The notes beneath the pieces were generated by a model. It was not told the DNA's origin. It was given only the letters and a program-made list of their open reading frames with translations, and ran no database searches. A stretch of 60,650 bases of DNA, the filler included, from Sphacelaria rigidula (lineage: Eukaryota): NCBI GenBank assembly GCA_964200075.2. It is 7 parts of 7 records of this genome, joined end to end, with 100 filler letters (N's around TTAATTAATTAA, not from the genome) between each part and the next. Parts side by side here need not be neighbours in the genome. Positions count along the whole stretch, not along the records: positions 8,680 to 17,258 come from CAXNAA020010715.1; positions 17,359 to 25,937 come from CAXNAA020010716.1; 5 more parts are not named here. One strand, 5' to 3'. Positions 11,998 through 24,900 of the stretch are shown here, one piece after another; position 1 is the first letter of the stretch; every line of letters begins with the position of its first letter. The translations under genes and the position numbers were made by a program.

Positions 11998-14900
11998 AAA
12001 TCATGCTCCTGAAAAATCATTATTTTGATAATTAGTTTTACGCGAACGGGGGAACAAGTCGATGGTAATGCGAAAGGGAACATGAAGTGATTGCTACGCG
12101 TGGGCTGTTCGGCACATGATCACACATGAAGACCACGCACCCGAGGTGCAAACGTCCCGAAGACAGATGCGCACAGCTATATCTCCCAGCACTTCGCCGA
12201 GTGACCAAGTATTGAGCCATCGGCGAGTATTATGGGTAGGGATTCCTATCAGAGAGGTGATCATGCGCAAGGTGCGTCGGCAGTTTCACACGATCGAAAC
12301 GCGGAGTGTTTCTCGCACGAGCAACAACCGCAGCAGCAACATCGGCACCGGCTGTTTCAACCCCACCCCCGAAGGTACACAGCCCCTGGTTTGCAGCAAC
12401 CTTCAAGAAAGCCCACGCGACTGCTGGTGCTGCAGCAGCTTCATCAATAGCAGCGTCGTCACAAGCAACTGTTGCAAATGGCTTCCCCATCACCCCCGTA
12501 GGGGCTCTCCCTAGCACAGCGTTCGGTGACAGTCCCCACATTCCACTGGGTGACATCCCTTATGAATCCGCTCCTTTAACGGCTCACTTGGGCGTGTGAC
12601 GCCCTCGTCATAATAAGGACCGTTGGCATCCGTGTTACACTCCGAGGAAATGATGAGGATGCAAGCAATTTTTGTTTTGTGCTAAATGATCTTTGGCACG
12701 TGTGTTACGATCTGGGAAAATGATGAGGATACAAGCACTTTTCGTACAAGTATGGTGCACAAGTCGAGGACTTCAGGCCGTTTTGTCTTGGGGCCGATCT
12801 GAGAAGCGGGGAAATGGCACACATAAATCCACAGAGCACCTTCACACGTCATGGTGGAGCCTTGATTGCGGTACTCTGACATCAATACACAGAGCATTGT
12901 TAAAAAGATCCAAGGGTACGGTATACACGAAATTTTGGGCTGCTACACAGCCGCACATCACCTACCTGAGTCAGCCACAATGACTTGTATGAACTTTGAA
13001 GAGGGGAACAACAGCACTGGGCTGACTGCTGCTGTGGCCATGGGTCGGATCTCCACTGCCTAAAGCACCAAAATAGCGGGTATACCATACCCGGCCTGCC
13101 CTTGGGAAAATCATACCATCATGAAATCGCTCGTACAGGTCGATGCTATTAACGTTTTGGCGGGGCGAAAGAGGCATATCATTCGAGCGAGAATTCGGGC
13201 GTCCACTGTGGGTTTGGTTCGTGTCCCTGACCTTCACCAGTTATGCCCGAAGCAAAAGTCGACTCCTTCATGCCTCGTTTTTTCAGACGGGACGTGTCTC
13301 CACGTGCTACGGGACACTTTGAGCCCAGGGTGGAGTTTGTCCCCAGTATTTTTCAAAGATGCAAGCAATTAGGATTGTGCAAGGATCCTGCATGGAATCA
13401 AGCCCCGGGGTGTTCTCTTGCGTATGTGCCCTGCTTTAGTGTAGAATCATGAAGTTAGTTGTTGCCAACCACCGCCGAACATAGTCAGCACGTTGCTCAT
13501 CACCAAGGATATGTGGCCCGACACGACTCCATCAGCCAAAGAATCAAACTCCGAACTAACGACTGTAACGGCTTCCCCGCACGCAGGTGCCATTTTGCAG
13601 ATTTTCAGCATTTCCCCGGACTGCGACGCACCAGAGCGCAGCATTTCTTCCGGAAACTTTCTCTGTGAATACTCAAACACAAGGATTTTCCTACGTTTTC
13701 GTACTCGGAACTTGCGAAAGAGTTGTTCATTTTGCCCCTCTCTTTCCCCCCGTTGGCCGTCAGCTCACCTCTTTGTTGTCCACGATTACTTCTCCGTTAC
13801 TCTCTCTCGCTCCCTCTTTGTAGCTACCTCTTTTCCACTACACCGCTACCCAGCTCGCACTTTTCTGCAGCATTTACTCAACACTTTAACACTTTCCACT
13901 GCCTGGAGAAAAACCAATGCTGTACGCAAACCAAAAGATCTTGAAACAAACCCTAATTTACCATGAAAAAGGTACAGTGAAACGACACATACGTTGTCTA
14001 CAGTTTCACTTGAACCGTAACAAACAATGTGCAAGTCGTGCCGCTTAGACAGTATAGTATCTTGCAGCGACGATTTCAATCACACACAATGAACGTAGAC
14101 TGCACTGTCTAAATTTTTTCAACACTCATTGCGTGCCGCGCCGTGGCACAAACGTACCTCGCGCATCCAACGCGAGGGTGCTTTTTTTCTTTCCTTGAAG
14201 GAACGGGGGAACCTCACCCAACACTTACCCCGTAAGCGGGTTCGTGTGCCGATTACCCGGAGGCTCGGCTAGAACGCCTCACGGCAGTCATGTGGGATAT
14301 GCGCCTCGAGCGTTCGGAAAGCTTTGCTCAAGGCCGTGTGGGGGTTGAACCCAGTAAGCTGTGCAAATCAAGTTGATCCTTAGACTGCGAGAGTAGGTCA
14401 TCATCTGTTGAATCGGCATCAAGTTCACCAGAAAAAAGCAAGCATGGTCCAGATGGACTACCCGCATCGCGGTCTAAGGGTCACAGCCTTCGTGAAGATC
14501 CCGAGCTGGACACTGTTCATTCGATATTGTTACATTCTCGAATATTACCACGCTGACGAATACATTGCTTTGGATGAGGTCGATCTCGCCAAGCGCTGCG
14601 ACGTCGGTTGCATTATCATCACGTCCTCAAGTATCATCGCTGACGAGTACTTCGCCTCGGCTAAGACGGCTCTTGCTGAGCGTTCGTCAGCCGCAGGGCT
14701 TGATATTTTTGGATGCCTGTGTTGCGATTATGCCATTTTCTACGCGTGAAGACTTTTCCGTGTGGAACCATAGGGTTTGACTTCTTCCCGAAGAGCATAT
14801 TACTACCGGTACTTTGTACAGTAACATCATAAAATCGCCGATTGTACGTCCCGGTCTTTTTAGTTGCAAATTGGGGAGGCAAAAGTACTCTAGATACTTC

Positions 14901-15583
14901 TTCGCTCCTTCGCTTTTCCATAGGCGGATAGAGGTGGTATTGTCAAGTATGCGACGTCGGGTACCTTAACAACGAGTTCTTCAGTGCATCATCTCAGCCG
15001 CCTGTCCGCTGTGCCGCTGCTTGTGATCGTGTATTGGTACTATTTCATATCACCCATCTCCTTCGCGGTATTGATGCAGGCTTATTCACGTTTACAGCCC
15101 GAGATTGTGTCATCAGCAAATGCCTTCCGCAGTACGTACCCAATAGTCGCAGAGATGGTATCATATCGACCGCGACAAACAAACGAAGAGCGTGAAATAG
15201 CCGCATCTTCGATCAAGGCCATAGCGGTGGCGCTAAGGGCGAAAGGTACCTCGACTAATCAGCGCCCTTCAATTCTTTTCTGAAATTGAACATGATATTT
15301 TCCAACCCGATTTGTACCCAATCTCTACATACATCACATCGTAATTATCGCCACCAGCTCGGGAATCAAACGGAAAAAAAAAAAAACTTGACAACGGTTA
15401 CTATGGGATCGAGTAATACCCAAACTGTGGTATCTCGACGGTGTGAGGTTTTGGCGTTGTCGGATTTCCACTCATGATAAACACCAAAGATCCATAAATC
15501 CTCTTGATCGTTTCCCTCGTATGTGTCTTAGAAAAGCTCTGGTCTCTCTCGAACCTGGCAGTTTGGTGAGGTATTGCTGCTCA

Positions 15584-15700
15584 TTGATTTATTGATTGGT
15601 TGGTTGGTTGATTGTCGCAGTTTAACTGATCCCCCATGTAGTCATGATCCAGCCGAGGTCATTCATTATCCACAAGACAGACGTACCCGAGACAGAACAA
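15584..15700 (-). mobile_element. 3' end of the same retroposon family as 2040-2132
   Basis: Reverse complement reads GGGTACGTCT...CGGCTGGATC...TGCGACAATCAACCAACCAACCAATCAATAAATCAA. Confidence 0.6.
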
Positions 15701-16750
15701 AATTGAAACACTCGCTGAAGAAAAGTGAAGTAAAAGCATAGGACGTTAAAGAAATGCTCCAAATGAGAAAAATGTATTGTCGAGTGATACTTCAACGGTC
15801 ATCTGTTCTTTACCAGCTTCCGGGGGTCCTAGGGTGAAGACCCCCTGAAACCGGTACAACATACCTCACAGGTTAAAAAATAATGAAATTATGCGTGCCG
15901 GGTACCCCAAGAAACATATTCATACATTCTGGTTGCGAACCTCGAAAACCTGATGCAATTTTTTCTCGCGTTAACGTTGAACATACCCGAAAAAGACGTC
16001 GCCACACTAAAATCAAGTAGTTAGGAGATCGCACGTTTCGAGCTCACGTCATCGCTCAAAAAAGAATGAAGTAAGCCTATCAAACGTTTGCACGCATATG
16101 CTATCTGACAACGCAAAACTTTGAATGAAGGGGGTCTTTCGACTTTTCATGTTTTCGCCAATTATCGAAATACGAATCATGCGAGCCGCCAGGTCACTGG
16201 CCGCGGATGAACTGCTTATGGCGGACACTCACTTGTCAACATCGTCACGTCATTTTTCGATATTTTTGTCAGAGATATCTCAAACTCGGGGTTCCCAATA
16301 TGTCAAACAGTAAGTCACTCTTAAATATACCGGGAACCTCGAGGGTGAGATACCTCTGTTGCAAGCAATACACAAGCAATACACATGCAAGTATACGCAC
16401 CAATATCTGAGCGCGCCGAGCAACCCGTAAATTACTGTTGAATTTACCGGGAACGTCGAGATTTGAAGTACCTCTGGTGCAAGAAGTACACATGCACCAG
16501 CGCACAAATATGTACACTAATATCTGAGGTCGCCGAGCGACCGTCGGTCGTTTTGCTCTGGAGGACGGTACACGAATCGTGCAGTAGGAGGAAGGAAGTA
16601 CAGTGCAGTACTATTATACAGTACACACTGACGTACAGAACACAGCAGCGTTAGGTGTACCATGACATGCTCAAACAAGCGTCCTATTCCCCGCGCCCAG
16701 ATGCCTTTTCTCGAAGAAGCGTACAGTATGGCTCGATTGGGGGGCTCCGT

Positions 16751-17258
16751 CTCGAAAGGGGTGCGTGGCCAATGGTCAAACAACTAAGGCAACCAACAAA
16801 ATGAGTACGCCCCCCCAAATCGTCGTAGTTGTATTACATCGATTTGACAACCCCCCAAAATGTTCACCAACACCGAGAAACTTTCTACAGCAGTGATTTC
16901 AGATTTTATATCGTACGCCTAGTCCAACACTTACTATTATAACTGTAGATTTCCGGGTGAAGCCGTTGTAGAGAGTGGTTCGCTGATCCGCTTTTTCCGT
17001 CGTCGGATTGATGAAAAACCGATGCACCCGGGGGTTGCATGTAAGAGATGCGCCCGAACGTGTCAGTCCCCAGCTTTACACCAACTTGGCACCTATCCGA
17101 TGCACACCAACCTAACATCTGTTCAAGCAACACTAACTTCGAACCTGACCAAGCACACCATCCAAGCATTGGTGTATGGAGTTCGACGAGGGTTAGGGTT
17201 AGGGTTCGGGGGGGGAGGGGGCGTACTCATTTGTTGCTCGCCTTAGTCATTTGACCAT
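16751..17258. mobile_element. MITE with ~45-bp imperfect TIRs, right end cut by the contig end
   Basis: ATGGTCAAACAACTAAGGCAACCAACAAAATGAGTACGCCCC (from 16772) versus the reverse complement of 17218-17258; a further copy of the left end lies at 31818-31880. Confidence 0.75.
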
Positions 17259-17358
17259 NNNNNNNNNNNNNNNNNNNNNNNNNNNNNNNNNNNNNNNNNN
17301 NNTTAATTAATTAANNNNNNNNNNNNNNNNNNNNNNNNNNNNNNNNNNNNNNNNNNNN
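17259..17358. other. artificial contig linker
   Basis: N44-TTAATTAATTAA-N44. Confidence 0.98.
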
Positions 17359-17719
17359 GCAGCTCAGGGTGAACATCACCCCCCTCGCTGAAACCTGACC
17401 TCCGGTGTCATGGGAGGACATGGCGCTCGATCTACACGGCCAGGAGAGATACAGAGGAATGCTTCACCATGTAGACAACGTAAACTTTCTGTTGCAAAAA
17501 GTTCCACTGAAATCCATCGCTGTCTAAGAATTAACGACTTGATTGAAGTTGGAAAAATTTTAATTTCGCTCCGCACCAGCACATGGGCGCAGTAGAGAGC
17601 CCCCTTCCTGCCCTACAAGGTGGTCACCCCAGTACAGTACAAACGCGTGCAGCACAACACCATAGTGTAGCACAGAACCGCATCACTTTGTTGAGTGAGG
17701 TGTAGTGCAGCACAGAGTG

Positions 17720-18126
17720 TTGTACAGCCTGCGAAGTGCAATGTTCGGGTGTAACCAACGCCGAGTGCGGGAAGAAACAGTACATACAGTACCGTTGTAG
17801 TTGTGTGACGGTCTTGTCGAAGCCACCCGCATTCACGATGAGCGACATGCGGCCGTGGGTCATGTGTAATTATGCGGGTTAGGTACTCCATGAAGGAAGG
17901 TATTCAGCCCACCTGGTGCCTTTTTATTGCGCATGTATTGTACAGCCTGTGAAGCGCAATATTCGGGCATGACCAGCGCCGAGTGCGGGAAGAAACAGCA
18001 TGTACGGTACTACATGACGGTCTTGCACGATGAGCGACATGCGGCCGTGGGTCATGTGTGATTCTGCGGGCTAGGTACTCCATGAAGGAAAGTATTGATG
18101 CCACCTGGCGCCTTTTTATTGCGCAT
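17720..18126. repeat. two-copy imperfect tandem duplication (~190-215 bp)
   Basis: CCGAGTGCGGGAAGAAACAG, CACGATGAGCGACATGCGGCCGTGGGTCATGTG, AGGTACTCCATGAAGGAA and CCTTTTTATTGCGCAT each occur twice in the same order. Confidence 0.85.
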
Positions 18127-18976
18127 CGATGGCATGTTGGGATCCTGCAGTCGGGTTCGGACGACCCCCTACGTGGTGCGAGATTATCCGACTCATAAAC
18201 GACACTGATTTCGAGTTGTGAACTTGGACAGTACATCAGCACGACGATCAAATGCAGTATCATGACATTAGATGGCGCGGCAACCAAAACACCGTTATCG
18301 TTGGACAGTACAGCACGATAACCGCACGATTGAAGACATTTGTAATAAAAATAATTGACGTACGATCCTACAGGCCTCCACTCCCCCGCGCATTTGCTGA
18401 CCGTAGATGTGGAAGATCCCCAAGACTCACAGTTGGGGTGCAACGTCTGGAGCACTTTTGAGACGCCGGCCGGGGCAGACCGAACGTGAGATACGGCACT
18501 GCAATCGGTCTCGAGGTAAGAGCACCCCGATACCCCTCGTGCACTATTGCCGTGCGAAATAGAGGTGCTGAAGACCCAGTTCATCTGACTGATTTCCTCT
18601 TGTTCCCGCTGATGACTGTGATATTTGAACAAAATTGAGGATGCCTACGTTCCGGGACATCATCATTTCACACGAACCCGTGTCTTTTGCTATCTAAAAA
18701 CAGATAAGACTGCACGACTGATACTTTGCGTCAATCTATCATTTTCCCGTCTATGCCGGGCAGGTAATGACGTGCCTGCACCACTGTCGCCTCCATCCCG
18801 ACCGACACATGCCATATCCGCGGTTGAAAGTAGATCTCCCCTAACGCACTCCGAATGTGCAGCACCGGTGGAAAATGTGAGGGACATCCCCGAGGGTCAC
18901 ACCGGCGAACGAGTCAAACCGCAAAAGTGGCTGAGCCCCCGTTCCTACGGAAACGATACGGCGACTGTGCTGTTCA

Positions 18977-21900
18977 GTGCCGGACGTGTCCTTTGCATCC
19001 AGTGGTGGTGCATCTGTAGAAAAGCAGGGGTTGGACGGGTGCAATGACCATCCGAGTACAGAAGGTAGTAACTGCAAATTTCAATCGGCCGGGGAAGGAG
19101 CGACTCGTGAAGTCTCCATCACCTCAGCCTCAAAAAACAATGTACGAGAGGTGTTACCACGGAATCCGCCGACAGTACCTCTCAAGGAAGTGGGTAACAC
19201 CCCCCGTAAAATCGGGAGAGCTGCCGGTGGTAGAGTCCCGGTGGTACAAAATTCAACTCCATCGGCCGAGGCCAAGAAAAGACGTACACCGCCCAACTCC
19301 AGCAGGGGCACACCACGACATGCTGACGTACGTGAATCGAGGCGAAAGAGAACCGCGACGAATAAGCCGGAGGTTGACAGCGTATGGGGAGCGTGGCATG
19401 AACAACAGCAGGCGGCGTTGCAGCACAGAAACGGCGTAAGGAAACATCAGCTGCTGGCAATACAATCTCCCGAGGAAGTTCCGTATTCCCATACAACTCA
19501 AGACGGGGCCCTACTCGGGGCTCACCGGGGGAGGTTTTCACGCCGTCGGGACACCGTAACAAGCGACCAGGCTCACCATACACCTCGCGACCAACTCGTG
19601 CAGGCGCGCCGGCGTCTAAATCGAAGCGGAAAAAGAAGAAGGCTACATATGCTACCGCCACTGGGGTCGACCAATGCAGAGTTGAAGATGTCGGCAGCTC
19701 ATCTTGTGCGGGTTCGAGCAAGAGCAGGTAGCGCCGGCGCCTACGAACGAGGCTGCCAGCGAGCTAATGACGCATCCCGACCGCGGGGCAACACCCCCCG
19801 ACACTGATCGTGGTGAACATTGCGCGCGCGGTGAAAGAGGGAGATTGACGACGCGACGAAGTAGTTCTCGAGGTCTCCCTGGGAATCACGGTAGCTGCAG
19901 GAGGGTGCGTGCTACCCCGGCTAGTGGAATGAGGAGGGGGAAAGGGCGTGAGCGGGTTTGCAATCGTGATGTGTGTGGCATGCAGTTCCCCGTCTTCGAT
20001 GACGAATGCAACACGTGCTCTTCTTGCGGTCAGGTACACGACCCGGCATCGCGACTGTGCTTCGCCTGCCATCGACCAGGGCCCGGGGAAGGCAAAATCT
20101 GGTATCATCTTGGCGCGGCGCGAATCACGGAGGCTCGGCAATTTCTGGAGTCGTGTGCGGATGATGACGGTGTACGCCCGGCTGCGCTTGTGAAAAACTA
20201 TCAACCGAGTCCAGATTGCTTGTGCAGCCGGCATGATTGTTTCTGGCGCTCAAACTAGCGACACAGGATAACGAGTACTTGACGGAAGGAAAATTCCCTC
20301 CCTCCGGTTAGCTGCACACCCGTGACTGTCGGTTTTAACACCCCCCTTACCCCTGCCGAGCCGGACTTTGTCGCAGAGGTACACCAAAAAGTGATTGCGA
20401 CTGTTGAGGAGGGGCGTTTAGTGGGACTGGAGGATGTTCAATCCTGGCTGACCGAATCCAGAACCGCAGTGAACGCCCGGGCTGTTCTAGACAAGCGCAC
20501 CAGGGAGCAAGCGCTGAGAATTGTCGATGAAGTGGCCGCGGACGGCGCAGTCGACGCCAAGCTTGAGAAGATAAGCGGGGTTGATGCGGCTGTATGCGAT
20601 GGGCGACGCAAGTTCATCTATCTCGTTCCTTCGGTGGTGGCGCCCGAGGTAGCCGTTGCGGCCTACGTTCAACTTCGCAACATGCGTACGAGGGTATGAG
20701 AGTTGGAGCGTTCTGTCTCCCGCCTCACCGCCGAGATCAAGACTGGTCAGCCTATTGAACACGCACTCCAGCGGATGACAGTAGCCGGTTCGGAGGAGGA
20801 TAAACGGGCCGCGGTCATAGCGGCTGGGTCTATCGTCAGGGTGGACATCGAAAGTGCACACGAACTGAGGAACGTATCGGGGGATAGGGACCAGAAATGC
20901 GCCGTCGACATATCGAGGAATATTAGACCCATGAATCAATTTCTAACGGATGAAACACCGACGGCACTGCTGGCATTGCTGAGCAGTCTGTACCATTTGC
21001 AAGTGTCGAGTGATGATCGGGACTTGCTTATTCCGATAGTGGGTGAAGCAAGGAGCGGTAGGCAATGGGATTCTGTTCACGCGCCTCACACCGCTGGGGC
21101 GGATGATGTCGACATGTCGGCGGCGCGGGATGGCGGGGCGGGTTTGATGGGCACCGCAAGCGGGTCTAGAGGTGGAACGGCGCAACAGGAACACGGGGGC
21201 GCAGCTCAAGGGGAATCGGCGATGTTCCGCGCCAGCGCGAGTACACACGGATCGACCCCGCGGGAAAAAGCGCTGCGCAAGAAGATGAAGAAGAGGAAGA
21301 AGCGGATTGGGAGACTGTACATGCTCGTGCAAAACCTCGTCAAAACTGTTTTAGGCCGAGGTTTTCGAGCAATGCACGACTTCCATCTAGCGCAGGTGTT
21401 GAAACCGCACGGCACACACGTGGCTGTCATCGACTACGTCGCCGCCCATGGATTCTGCATGACAGAGTCGATGCGGTACAAGCGGGAACAGTTCTACGTG
21501 AAGTGGAGGATGGACAGACATGTCATGGCCCTCGCATTACGGGTTGCTGCGATTCCTCGGGACAACGGCGATTTTCGGCCGACGACGAGTGTCACGGGGG
21601 TCAGACCTCATGTAAGTACTATAGCGGCCACCTACGTGGCCGTGGAGACTCTGCCTGGGCATCTATCGCTCATGCACGCGCACCGCCGGCAAGGTGATCT
21701 GGCGGCCGCGGATATCACGACGGGACCTTCTTGGCACAGGGACGGTGAGCAATGGGAGCGTTTCCTCTCCGTATTCGATGACGCAGCATTCCGTTGCGCG
21801 GTGGCGAGTATCGCAGGTGAAGGTGGCCACATCGAAACTTGCTTGGAGATCGAACTCAGACAGGTGAACAGAGTTGGCAATTTTTGGGTGCTCAGTAGTT

Positions 21901-24900
21901 GGTCGAGATATTAGTGTCGAAAGATGGCGAGATCACGCACCCGTGCGTGGGGCGCAGTGTTGCGTCTGACATGATAATAGTTAGATCTTGGAGCGGAGCT
22001 CGCATCAACGTCAGGCTGTTTGCACTTGGGCCAGGGTTAGGGTAAGGTGATGACATCATTTCGCGCGGACGCCGCGCACGGGTAATCCAAGTGTATTTGC
22101 TCGTACCGAGTAGGTTGGCAAGGTGCGGATTCGAAAGCCCTAAATATGTTGTTTCTGCGTTTTCTACCCGGTACTGAGCCTACATCGTAAACAATTCACG
22201 AGCAAGAGATTAGGAGAAGAGTCTGTAGAAAAATTTCAGGGAATCCACGATGGCTTCTCCTATTTTCGATGCAAGATTAAATGTCGCGCGCAGCGGGAGG
22301 TATTCCATGGTGCGACGTGCGTACCTCGCAGAGTGGCATGGATTGAAGGTGTGAGGGTGGGAAAATGCCTAACGGAGTGTACATCCTACATCATCCGCGC
22401 TCGTGTGCTCTCATCCTCGACTTCCCCCACCAGGCGATACCGATGATGCAGAGGGAGCCGCAGGTGCTCAGGTACCTCTTCATGCAACTGGGCATTCCGA
22501 AGAGTTGGTCCGACTCGAAGGCCGCCATCAACCGTCTTGCTGATGTACGCCGCGTCGACGAGAGGGACGCGGCGGCGGCATGCATGGTTGCCGGCGATGA
22601 GGAGACATTTCGCTTCATGTATCACCTGATTCGGAGTAACCCAGGCCACCATCACTGGCTCAGAATATACGTGGGTGACTGGCACCTTCTGTACCACATG
22701 GCGAAGGCCATCATGAACCGGTTTGGGGGGGCAGGGATAGAGTTCATCGCAGAAGCACTTGGCGTGGACGGAACAAAAGCATCGGCTAGCAACTTTCGGG
22801 TGGCACACCACACCATCAGCGTGTTCTTCGAAGCAATGTGGGGGAAAATCGTGGCCATGTACTACTCCGAGCATGGCGGCGATACGGAAGTGATCAACGC
22901 CGGAGCCGCGGCGAGCGATGCCGGTGAGGTGCCGGACACTGCCACAGCACCAGCATCGGATCCTGCGGAAGCATCAGCTCGAGCACTTGGTGCGGCGACA
23001 ACACCACCCATGCCACCGGACGCCCCGAGAATAGTGCACCCTGCGGGATCCGCCGCAGCATCACCTCGGCAGATAGACAGTATGGCAGCGCCTGCAGTCG
23101 GCGTTCGTACGGAGGCACCTTCCGCGACGGTAACAACACGAGGCGGTGCGGGGGTGACAGAGCATGTCGACGCGGGTCAACAGTCAAGCGGGCGGCGGGG
23201 CCTGCAGTCTCCAAGCACTGCAGTGGCTGAACAACGCAAATGTCGTGGCGAGGGTCGCACATTGGCGGCGACGCACGAAATGAGATATATGAGAGTCCCG
23301 ATGTTCTGCGTAATTCACGCCAGCGCAGGACTGACAGATTTCCGCGAATATGGCACGGAGTTGTTGTCGTCCAATACCGACAGAGGACAACCGCCCGCGC
23401 CGGACTGCGGCGGCGGCGGGGTAGGCGGCCGCGGTGACGGCGAAGCGGTGACCGCCGATATGGGGCCATCTCCCACATTCGGCCCATCATTGGTGGCGCG
23501 CGCCGGCAGCCGAATACGATCCGCCTCCAGCATGGCATCGGCGGCGACCACCTCAGGAGCAGCGGCGGCGGCGGCGCCCGACATCAGCGGCGGCGAGCGC
23601 AGTGACGACCATGAACCCTTGGACACAACCGTGGAGCAGCTGGCAGAAGAGTTTCGCGACATAGCTAACAAGGTGAAGGTGCATGCGAGGAGGGAAGACA
23701 TTCCTGCCATTCGAGCTTGGGTTCGGGCCCGGGTGGAAAACCACAAGAGCTTCAGAGTTTGAGGGAGCTTCGTCCTTTACTACTACCCCGCGTATATGGC
23801 ATTCCGAACGGGCCTGCGCACAGGCAACTTCCTCCTTCGGCTGGCAGGGCTTCGCCGCATGGCATCCATATTCTGTGTGACAGGTAAAGACCGCTACCAG
23901 TGACTGGTCGTGCTACACCTTATGCACATGGCGCAAATGCCGGAATCGGGCCTGAAGTTCGTGGAACAGCTGCTCTCGGTATCGTTGCGCGACAAGAGGC
24001 ACTGGGCAAGGGTGGGACTCGATGATCGGCAGGAGAATGCGAACAGGTTCTTGAAAAAAGTCACGAACAAGAAGACGCCTACTGCACTGGAGAAACTTGC
24101 TCCAATCGCGGAATGCCGGGATGTGGCGGAAGCGGCAGTGAAGGAACAATTGTTCTTTGGGGAGGGTGCCGGACGGAACCGTAAAAGAGAGTTGTTCCTC
24201 AAACGTCAGCCCCACGTGACGAAGGCATATCAGAAGCTACACACCACTCCTGCCTTTACGCCGGCCGGCGAAGAGGTCCTGTATGCGCTGGACGGGCGAG
24301 TGGTCAGCAGTCCGTAGGCGGCGGCTATTTTGTCTTGCTCCGACGTGTCGCAGAAGAAGTTGGAGGATGACATCGCGTGTTACGTGTTGGGCGACAAGAC
24401 CAAAAAGGGAGCAACGAAGCAGAAGGTCTATACCATCCCGCCAAAGAACACAACAACCACACTGACGGTGACTCAAGGCCGGAAGTCGGCGTTGAAGTCC
24501 AACACCAAGAACAATACCATGTACACGCAGGAGCTTCTGACCGCTTTGAGACGGATTGTGGGGGCGCCCGAAATTTCACGGGAGGAGAAGGAGAGGGTAC
24601 TTCTCAAGCTCGGAAGGTCCGTCCCATTCAGCATTCTCAATTCCAACGGAGGTGAGAGGCATCCCTAATACTGACCTGAGTTGCAGTGGACACAATGCCG
24701 GGAAACGAGCATATTCACATCGCACTCGGTCGTAGGCAACTTGCAGTTTGGCTGTGTCTGACCCTGGGGATTTTTTTTACCGTCAGTAAACTAGTGCCGG
24801 ATGCTTTCGCACATATTTGTAGTGATCATTCCCAACGGCCGTCAGATCGATATTGTTTCTACCCTCACGCACACTCATCTTCTGCCATACCACCCCTTTT

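Noticed and set aside
12000-15283. Coding-looking ORF fragments (12230, 13121, 14408, 14984)
   Set aside because: No recognisable motifs or consistent splice model; may be decayed elements.
17190-17206. Telomere at a contig end
   Set aside because: Fewer than three units, and internal to a MITE.
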